64,000 bases of DNA. It comes from Clostridia bacterium (lineage in GTDB: Bacteria; Bacillota; Clostridia; Oscillospirales; CAG-272). Numbering within the stretch: the stretch's first letter is position 1; each line of letters begins with the position of its first letter. Positions 57,800 to 64,000 of this stretch are shown here, piece by piece. The position numbers were made by a program, and so were the translations under genes. The notes under the pieces were generated by a model that saw only the letters and a list, made by a program, of their open reading frames with translations, did no database searches and had not been told where the DNA came from. The stretch covers positions 38,860 through 102,859 of the forward strand of contig JAFXJX010000053.1 of the NCBI GenBank assembly GCA_017532025.1, written 5' to 3'.

Positions 57800-57918
57800 A
57801 CGATGACAGGACTTCGAACCTTGGCTTGCGGGATCATTCACTTTCACCGCTTTTCACCCAATCGCAAGCCTTAGCAAAGCGAAGCTTTGCGAGGTTCAAA
57901 TCCGTAAAGTCTATAGCA
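57800..57918 (-). other. structured ~120-nt segment containing a tRNA-Leu 3'-half relic
   Basis: 57802-57821 matches the acceptor/T-arm of the adjacent tRNA-Leu (57965-57983) at 19/19 aligned positions with a 1-nt insertion. An 8-bp hairpin GGCTTGCG..CGCAAGCC, a 7-bp hairpin GCAAAGC..GCTTTGC and an 11-bp closing helix can be drawn. No complete cloverleaf. Confidence 0.5.
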
Positions 57919-57957
57919 AAAAAAACAATGGAGAGCAGTTGCTCTCCATTGTTTTTT
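57919..57957. terminator. bidirectional terminator after tRNA-Leu(CAG)
   Basis: 11-bp stem CAATGGAGAGC/GCTCTCCATTG flanked by A7 and T7. Confidence 0.8.
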
Positions 57958-58044
57958 TGGTGCAGATGACAGGACTTGAACCTGCATGGTATTGCTACCA
58001 TAAGAACCTGAATCTTACGTGTCTGCCAATTCCACCACATCTGC
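57958..58044 (-). tRNA. tRNA-Leu (anticodon CAG), class II, CCA encoded
   Basis: acceptor GCAGATG/CATCTGC, anticodon arm TAAGA-TTCAGGT-TCTTA, long variable arm, T-loop GGTTCAAGTCC, 3' CCA. Confidence 0.92.
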
Positions 58045-58057
58045 ATATTCGGTTGTA

Positions 58058-58627
58058 TTAACTCTCTTCTGTCGTTACAACCGGTGTTTTTTCTGTCGTT
58101 ACAGGAGCTGTTGTTGCGTCAGCTTCTTTCGAGAATTCAACCGAAGAAGACCATTCCGCAATCTCAAGCTTTTGTTCATCATACGAATCAGAAGGACACA
58201 CAAACGAGATCATCCAAAACGCATCGAGCGTCTTGTACAGACACACATGATTGGTATATTTGACGTCGTTACGAACATCCTCATAGACAAAGAAAAGATG
58301 TCTTCCGCGCTCGGTCAACACTGTATCTTCCATGTCATTGGCTTCGAGTACATAGCCTGCGTACTGTTCAAGTGTCACATCAGATGTCAGCACAAAGCTT
58401 TCACCTGCAGGATTCCAACCAAACGGTTCGCGAAGCACATACACAGTTGCCTTAGGGGAACGGAACTCAGTCGAATATCCTTTCACATTTGTGTTTCGGA
58501 TAAAAGAAGAGTCAAGCATGATGGACATTCCACCTTGAACAAAGCTACGAGGAACAACTTCGCCGCAAGAAACCAACACACACCCAAGCAAAAGCAAGGC
58601 TATCGTAACAAGTGCAAGTTTCTTCAT
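58058..58627 (-). CDS. hypothetical lipoprotein located between the two tRNA-Leu genes
   Basis: lipobox LVSCG; start ATG 58627; no recognised family. Confidence 0.6.
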   Translation of the reverse strand: MKKLALVTIALLLLGCVLVSCGEVVPRSFVQGGMSIMLDSSFIRNTNVKGYSTEFRSPKATVYVLREPFGWNPAGESFVLTSDVTLEQYAGYVLEANDMEDTVLTERGRHLFFVYEDVRNDVKYTNHVCLYKTLDAFWMISFVCPSDSYDEQKLEIAEWSSSVEFSKEADATTAPVTTEKTPVVTTEES

Positions 58628-58688
58628 GGAATCTACCACCAAGTGAAAATTTTAGTGAAAGTGCTCACCGTAATGGTGAGCACTTTTA

Positions 58689-58772
58689 TGGTGCGAGAGA
58701 CGGGACTTGAACCCGTACGGTGTAACCACACGCCCCTCAAACGTGCGCGTCTGCCAGTTCCGCCACTCTCGC
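58689..58772 (-). tRNA. tRNA-Leu (anticodon GAG), class II, CCA encoded
   Basis: acceptor GCGAGAG/CTCTCGC, anticodon arm CACGT-TTGAGGG-GCGTG, variable arm, T-loop GGTTCAAGTCC, 3' CCA. Confidence 0.9.
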
Positions 58773-58805
58773 GTAGCGCGTTGCGTTCTCGCAACAACAT
58801 TAACT

Positions 58806-58833
58806 ATTATACACATTTATTTTTATTTGTCAA
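58806..58833 (-). promoter_or_regulatory. strong sigma-A promoter for tRNA-Leu(GAG)
   Basis: TTGACA - 16 nt - TATAAT about 27 nt upstream of the tRNA 5' end, within an A/T-rich UP-like region. Confidence 0.65.
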
Positions 58834-58940
58834 TACCTTTTTTGAAAAAAATTTCAACTTTTTACAAAAAATTTTGACACAAAAAAATCACTTGATTTTG
58901 ACGGCATTTTGGTTAAAAAATGCCGTCAAAATCGGTAAGT

Positions 58941-60854
58941 TTACTTCTTTTTTCCCTTGTGTATCTGTTTGCCTAATTTGGTGTTCGGACTGTTATGTGA
59001 TACTTTACCAAACTGTGTTTTGGTAACAGGTTTCTTTTGATATTCCCCTGCCCTTGGCGGTCTTACCAAACATTCCGGCCCGTAACCGATCAAATCCTGC
59101 CGTCCGCACTCTTTCAGTGCTTTGCGAATCAACTCTGCATTTTCCGCCTTGTGGAACTGAAGCATTGCCCTTTGCATACGCTTTTCTTCATAGCTCTTGG
59201 CGACATACACCTTCTTCATGGTAAAGGGATCAATCTCCGTGTAATACATCACAGTTGATGCCGTTCCGGGTGTCGGATAGAAATCCTGCACCTGTTCGGG
59301 ATTCATCTTATTCTTTTTCAAATAAAGTGACAAAGTGAGCGCATCCTCGAGCGTACTTCCCGGATGAGAGGACATCAAATACGGCACAAGATACTGCTCT
59401 TTCCCTGCTTTTTGCGAAAGCGCAAAATACTTATCCTTAAATCGATTGTAAACCTCGATCGCGGGTTTTCCCATGTATGAAAGCACATTGTTACTGCAAT
59501 GCTCGGGTGCCACCTTTAATTGACCGCTGACATGGTCGCAAACAAGCTTTTTGAAAAACGCGTCTGATGTATCATAAGTCAGATAGTCAAAACGGATTCC
59601 CGAGCGAATGAAAACTTTTTTCACACCCTTCACTGCTTCCACGCGTTTCAAAAGCTCAATATATTCTGTGTGATCCACTTTCAAGTGAGGACAAGGCTTG
59701 GGTGCCAAACACTTTCTCTTAGCACAAACGCCGTGTTCTTTCTGTCTGTCACAAGAAGGATGACGAAAATTAGCAGTCGGACCACCGACATCGTGGATAT
59801 ATCCCTTAAAATCAGGCATCGCCGCAATCAATTCTGCCTCTCTCACCACACTCTCGATACTTCTTGACGAAATACTTCTGCCTTGATGAAAAGCAAGCGC
59901 ACAGAAATTGCACGCACCAAAGCATCCCCTGTTGTGTGTAATCGAAAACCGCACCTCCGCAATAGCAGGCACCCCTCCCTCTTTTTCATAAGATGGATGA
60001 TAGGTTCTCATGTAAGGGAGCGCATACACCCTATCAAGTTCTTCTCTTGTCAGCGGCGGCATGGGCGGATTCTGTACAAGCATTTTGCTGTCATAATACT
60101 CCACAACTGCCTTTCCGCGCACATGATCATTCTCTTGATACTGCGCAGCAAAAGCTTCGGCATACGCTTTCTTATCGGTTTTGATATGGTTATAATCAAA
60201 ATAGCCAATTGCGTCATAATGGATTTTTTCTTCACGATCCGTAAGATACACTGTGCCCTTGATATCATGGATTTTCCGAATCGGAACGCCTTTATCAAGA
60301 AGCTTCGCAAGCGCAAGAATTGATTTTTCTCCCATACCGTAAGACAAAATATCCGCTTTCGCATCCACAAGAATACTGCGTCTGACTTTATCATCCCAAT
60401 AATCGTAGTGAGCAAAACGGCGAAGCGATGCTTCAAGACCGCCAATAATAATCGGCACATCACCGTATGCCTCGCGGATTCGATTGCAATACACAATCAC
60501 AGCACGGTCGGGTCGCTTGCCTGCTGCTCCGCCCGGAGAGTAGTAGTCATTATTACGCTTCTTTTTGGACACAGTATAATGCGCCACCATGGAGTCAATA
60601 TTACCGGAGGTAACAAGAAAACCAAGGCGCGGACGACCAAATCGCTTGAAATCCTCGCAGGATTTATAGTTGGGTTGGGAAAGAATCGCCACCTTAAAAC
60701 CTGCTTCATCCAACACACGCGATATGATCGAAACACCAAACGACGGATGATCCACATATGCATCGCCCGTTACATAAACAAAATCAGGTGTTCCCCACCC
60801 GAGTGTATCCACTTCTTTTTGTGTTAATGGTAAAAAACCGTTTGTCATACTCAT
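58941..60854 (-). CDS. ygiQ: YgiQ-family radical SAM protein
   Basis: 637 aa; N-terminal VTGDAYVDHPSFG; radical SAM cluster CFGACNFC; basic C-terminal tail. Confidence 0.85.
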   Translation of the reverse strand: MSMTNGFLPLTQKEVDTLGWGTPDFVYVTGDAYVDHPSFGVSIISRVLDEAGFKVAILSQPNYKSCEDFKRFGRPRLGFLVTSGNIDSMVAHYTVSKKKRNNDYYSPGGAAGKRPDRAVIVYCNRIREAYGDVPIIIGGLEASLRRFAHYDYWDDKVRRSILVDAKADILSYGMGEKSILALAKLLDKGVPIRKIHDIKGTVYLTDREEKIHYDAIGYFDYNHIKTDKKAYAEAFAAQYQENDHVRGKAVVEYYDSKMLVQNPPMPPLTREELDRVYALPYMRTYHPSYEKEGGVPAIAEVRFSITHNRGCFGACNFCALAFHQGRSISSRSIESVVREAELIAAMPDFKGYIHDVGGPTANFRHPSCDRQKEHGVCAKRKCLAPKPCPHLKVDHTEYIELLKRVEAVKGVKKVFIRSGIRFDYLTYDTSDAFFKKLVCDHVSGQLKVAPEHCSNNVLSYMGKPAIEVYNRFKDKYFALSQKAGKEQYLVPYLMSSHPGSTLEDALTLSLYLKKNKMNPEQVQDFYPTPGTASTVMYYTEIDPFTMKKVYVAKSYEEKRMQRAMLQFHKAENAELIRKALKECGRQDLIGYGPECLVRPPRAGEYQKKPVTKTQFGKVSHNSPNTKLGKQIHKGKKK

Positions 60855-60871
60855 TCCTTTTCTAATTGATC

Positions 60872-60904
60872 AAAAAAGCTGTTGCGAAAATCGCAACAGC
60901 TTTT
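60872..60904 (-). terminator. terminator or attenuator hairpin after infB, only 17 nt upstream of the ygiQ start
   Basis: 14-bp stem AAAAGCTGTTGCGA/TCGCAACAGCTTTT followed by T6 on the minus strand. Confidence 0.7.
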
Positions 60905-60934
60905 CAGAAAGGTTTTGAATTGTCTAAGCAAAAC

Positions 60935-63526
60935 TTACTGCTTGACCTCGACCATCTCAAAAGCTTCGAGAATGTCGTTTTCCTTAATATCGTTAAATTT
61001 CTCAAGACCAACGCCGCATTCGTAGCCGGTAGCCACTTCCTTCACGTCATCCTTAAAACGCTTAAGCGAGGAGATCTTGTCTTCAAAAATCACAACACCG
61101 TCGCGCACCACGCGGATCTGTGCGTGTCTTGTAATCTTGCCGTCCTGCACGTACGAACCTGCAATGGTACCAACACCGGGCACACGGATGGTCTGACGCA
61201 CCTGAGCATGACCAAGCACCTGCTCTTTATAAACAGGAGCGAGCATACCCTTCATAGCAGCGGTGATTTCATCGATACACTCATAAATAACGCGATAGGT
61301 ACGAACATCCACCTTCAAAAGCTCTGCTCTGTCGATCGCGTTCTTGTCAGGACGAACATTAAAGCCAACAATAATCGCATTGGATGCAGCGGCGAAGGTA
61401 ACGTCACCTTCGGTGATACCGCCGGCAGCACAGTGAATCACATTCACCTTAACCTCTTCGTTGGTCAGCTTCACAAGTGAGCTCTTAACCGCTTCGGCAG
61501 AACCAACAACGTCAGCCTTCACGATGATATTGAGTTCCTTAACGCCTTCTTTGATCTGAGCAAAGAGATCGTCAAGCGAAACCTTGGCATTGGCATTGAG
61601 CTCTGCCTGATGGCTTTCGCTCTTGCGGCGTTCAGCAAGTTCTCTCGCCATTCTTTCGTCTTCAACCGCATTGAATTCGTCACCCGAGGTCGGAACTTCG
61701 GAAAGACCGATAATCTCAACAGGAACAGAAGGACCTGCAGTCTTCAAGTTTCTTCCCTTTTCATCGGTCATAGCTCTTACACGGCCAACCGCATTGCCTG
61801 CAATCACGATATCGCCCGCATGAAGCGTACCGTTCTGCACAAGAATGGTGGCAACAGAACCCTTGCCTTTATCAAGACGGGCTTCGATAACAATACCCTT
61901 GGCGCGTCTGTTCGGATTAGCACGGAGCTGTTTCATTTCAGCAATAAGAAGCACGTTTTCAAGAAGATCTTCAATACCCATACCTGTCATAGCGGACACG
62001 GGTACACAGACAGTATCGCCGCCCCATTCTTCGGGAACGAGCTCATATCTTGTCAATTCCTGCATGATCGCATCGGGATTTGCGGTGGGTTTATCCATCT
62101 TATTGATGGCAACGATAACATCAACACCTGCTGCTTTGGCATGACTGATCGCCTCGATCGTCTGAGGCATAATACCGTCATCAGCCGCCACCACAAGAAT
62201 GGCAATATCGGTAGCCATAGCGCCGCGCTGACGCATAGCCGTAAACGCTTCGTGTCCGGGGGTGTCAAGGAAGGTAATGTCTTTGTCGTTAATCTTCACA
62301 CGGTATGCACCAATATGCTGTGTAATGCCGCCGGCTTCGCCTGCCGTAACGCTGGTATGACGGATGCGGTCGAGAAGCGAGGTTTTACCGTGGTCAACGT
62401 GACCCATAACACAAACAACGGGAGCACGTTCAACAAGTGCATCTTCGCTGTCTTCTTCAGTATCGAAAAGCTTTTCTTCAATCGTCACCACAACTTCACG
62501 GGTCACGATAGCACCAAGCTCTGTGCCGATATATTCTGCGGTATCAAAATCAATGACTTGGTTAACATTTGCCATAATACCAAGCATCATAAGACGCTTG
62601 ATCACCTCAGCAGCAGTTACCTTCAATTTAGCGGCAAGATTAGCTACCGAGATTTCATCGGGAACTTCAATCGAAAGCTGCTGCTTTACAACAGGCTGTT
62701 TCTGCTGAGGACCTTTTTTGGGGTTGGCTTTATAACCGCCCTTGTAACCTGCAGGATCGGGTTTTCCCTTTCCGCTGTTCTGTCCGGGTTTGTTATTCTG
62801 TTTCTTGAATTTCTGCTTCTGTGATTCGTACGGAACATCGGAACTGTACTTTTCAAGCTTTTCATCGTACTTCGCAAGATCAACAGAAGACGTTCTGGTA
62901 TCCACCACACGAGTACCGGCTTTGTGTCCAAAAATATTGGAAGCCACTGCGGGAGCGTTATCCTCTCGAGGCGTTTTTCTCTGTACAGTTACAGTTTCCT
63001 GTTTCTTTTCAGGCTTCTTTTTTTCTGTATCCTTCTTATTCTGAGGTTTATCAAAGGATACAGGAGTCGCAAAACGGTCTTTCGGCTCATTCTGCTTTTG
63101 ACGCGCCTGTTGCGCAGCAAGCTTGGCAGCCTTTTCTGCTGCTTCCTTTTCTGCAGCAGCTTTCTCAGCAGCGGCCTTTTCTGCGGCAGCTTTCTCAGCA
63201 GCAGCTTTTTCAGCAGCAGCCTTTTCGGCAGCGGCTTTTTCAGCAGCAGCCTTTTCGGCAGCGGCTTTTTCGGCAGCAAGGCGCTTCTGAACTCTTTCTT
63301 CAGTTTCAACGCGAACATAAGTCTCGCCCGAAAGATAAGAATTCAAATCCGTGGTTTGATGGTTACGGGTAAGCGTATCCATCAAAAAACCAAATTCTTC
63401 ATCGCTCAATGCAGCGGAAGAGCCTTTTGTACCAAAGCCGTTCTTAGCAAGAATCTCTGTAAGATCCTTACTTCTCATATTCAATTCTTTGGCAAGCGTG
63501 TTAATTTTAAATCCTACCATTGCCAT
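60935..63526 (-). CDS. infB: translation initiation factor IF-2
   Basis: G domain ([21 protein letters not shown]); C-terminal domains; repetitive N-terminal region. Confidence 0.93.
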   Translation of the reverse strand: MAMVGFKINTLAKELNMRSKDLTEILAKNGFGTKGSSAALSDEEFGFLMDTLTRNHQTTDLNSYLSGETYVRVETEERVQKRLAAEKAAAEKAAAEKAAAEKAAAEKAAAEKAAAEKAAAEKAAAEKEAAEKAAKLAAQQARQKQNEPKDRFATPVSFDKPQNKKDTEKKKPEKKQETVTVQRKTPREDNAPAVASNIFGHKAGTRVVDTRTSSVDLAKYDEKLEKYSSDVPYESQKQKFKKQNNKPGQNSGKGKPDPAGYKGGYKANPKKGPQQKQPVVKQQLSIEVPDEISVANLAAKLKVTAAEVIKRLMMLGIMANVNQVIDFDTAEYIGTELGAIVTREVVVTIEEKLFDTEEDSEDALVERAPVVCVMGHVDHGKTSLLDRIRHTSVTAGEAGGITQHIGAYRVKINDKDITFLDTPGHEAFTAMRQRGAMATDIAILVVAADDGIMPQTIEAISHAKAAGVDVIVAINKMDKPTANPDAIMQELTRYELVPEEWGGDTVCVPVSAMTGMGIEDLLENVLLIAEMKQLRANPNRRAKGIVIEARLDKGKGSVATILVQNGTLHAGDIVIAGNAVGRVRAMTDEKGRNLKTAGPSVPVEIIGLSEVPTSGDEFNAVEDERMARELAERRKSESHQAELNANAKVSLDDLFAQIKEGVKELNIIVKADVVGSAEAVKSSLVKLTNEEVKVNVIHCAAGGITEGDVTFAAASNAIIVGFNVRPDKNAIDRAELLKVDVRTYRVIYECIDEITAAMKGMLAPVYKEQVLGHAQVRQTIRVPGVGTIAGSYVQDGKITRHAQIRVVRDGVVIFEDKISSLKRFKDDVKEVATGYECGVGLEKFNDIKENDILEAFEMVEVKQ
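63118..63285 (-). repeat. in-frame 15-nt tandem repeat encoding (AAEKA)n in the IF-2 N-terminal region
   Basis: about 10 units of GCNGCNGCNTTTTCN (plus strand), including an exact 30-nt duplication at 63211-63270. Confidence 0.85.
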
Positions 63527-63529
63527 TGT

Positions 63530-63871
63530 TTACACCCCCTGAAGAGTCTCTTCATTTTCGCTCTCATTGAGACGCGATACAATCAAATCAGCAAAACCTT
63601 TATCAAAAACTGCAATGCATGAAATGTAATTTGATGCTCCTATCGCATCGGAAAACTGATCCATACTGTAATGTGTCAAACGACACTCTACCTTGTGGTG
63701 CCTTGATGCCGATTGAATCAGCTTTTTGGTATTATCGGAAGCATCTTCAGCCAGCACAACAAGCCGTGGCTTGTTGTCGCTTCGGATAAATGTCGAAACA
63801 AGATTGGTTCCCGACATAACCTTCCCCGCTTTTTTGGCGAGTCCGAGAGTTGACATAACCTTATCATTCAT
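63530..63871 (-). CDS. ylxQ: L7Ae-family RNA-binding protein YlxQ
   Basis: 113 aa; LGLAKKAGKVMSG motif; canonical position upstream of infB. Confidence 0.8.
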   Translation of the reverse strand: MNDKVMSTLGLAKKAGKVMSGTNLVSTFIRSDNKPRLVVLAEDASDNTKKLIQSASRHHKVECRLTHYSMDQFSDAIGASNYISCIAVFDKGFADLIVSRLNESENEETLQGV

Positions 63872-64000
63872 TCGTTATCAGTTCACCTTCAAGTCTTTTA
63901 TACACTTCATCCGGAATGCTGCACTCCAGATTTCTCTCAATCCGTTTGGATTTAATCGCCTTTTTCAGGCAAGACAAATCACGGCAAACATATGCGCCTC
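63864..64000 (-). CDS. ylxR: YlxR-family (DUF448) RNA-binding protein, C-terminal part only
   Basis: minus-strand frame reads GAYVCRDLSCLKKAIKSKRIERNL...; stop TGA 63866-63864 overlaps the ylxQ start; 5' end lies outside the window. Confidence 0.7.
   Translation of the reverse strand, partial: GAYVCRDLSCLKKAIKSKRIERNLECSIPDEVYKRLEGELITNE

Noticed and set aside
58896-58931. 15-bp hairpin TTTTGACGGCATTTT/AAAATGCCGTCAAAA downstream of ygiQ as a canonical terminator
   Set aside because: The U-tract on the minus strand is 8 nt away from the stem. It may still terminate or be a processing site, but I did not list it as a confident terminator.
58019-59026. 335-aa plus-strand ORF
   Set aside because: It runs antisense across two tRNA-Leu genes, a lipoprotein gene, a promoter and a hairpin. 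It cannot be coding.
61610-62824. 404-aa plus-strand ORF (and 62924-63622, 232 aa)
   Set aside because: It is antisense to infB, whose G-domain motifs are unambiguous, and its composition is low-complexity. It is a shadow ORF.
63118-63285. Periodic short repeats that might suggest a CRISPR array
   Set aside because: The period is 15 nt with no spacers, and the repeats are in frame inside infB. This is a coding tandem repeat. No CRISPR-like repeat-spacer structure occurs anywhere in the window.

Overview
This 64-kb segment reads like core genome of a Bacillota (Clostridia-type) chromosome. It holds about 60 CDS, roughly 85% on the minus strand. The genetic code is standard: TAA, TAG and TGA all terminate recognisable genes. 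Several conserved Firmicute synteny blocks are present: coaE / class A PBP / dnaE / whiA-rapZ-murB-tyrS; recN-argR-nadK-tlyA-ispA-xseB-xseA-(TsaD-like)-nusB; SRP RNA ... dnaX-ybaB-recR; prfB-nif3-trmK; metY-metA; and ylxR-ylxQ-infB. The RNA genes are a long (Bacillus-type) SRP RNA, tRNA-Leu(CAG) and tRNA-Leu(GAG). I saw no CRISPR array, transposase, integrase, phage genes or recognisable defence or toxin genes. The less ordinary content is: (1) two apparent lesions in neighbouring conserved genes, an in-frame TAG in recR and a 1-nt frame break in dnaX; (2) a tandem pair of ~515-550-aa sigma-70/ECF-like proteins with duplicated terminator-promoter cassettes; (3) a VTC/DUF4956 pair; (4) a catalytically degenerate VanY-like lipoprotein; (5) a 46.9-56.1 kb block of poorly characterised envelope genes, comprising a GT2-GtrA fusion, lipoproteins, a membrane-spanning MerR-type regulator with Cys-rich repeats, and a DUF4004 / bactofilin-like / 1000-aa repeat-protein operon with paired palindromic operators; (6) a tRNA-Leu-derived structured remnant; (7) two terminator hairpins that embed the SD of the next gene. 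I do not see compelling evidence for a discrete novel multi-gene system, so the best candidates carry moderate interest scores. All product calls come from motif recognition by eye. No database searches or folding computations were run, and start codons were refined by SD inspection only.
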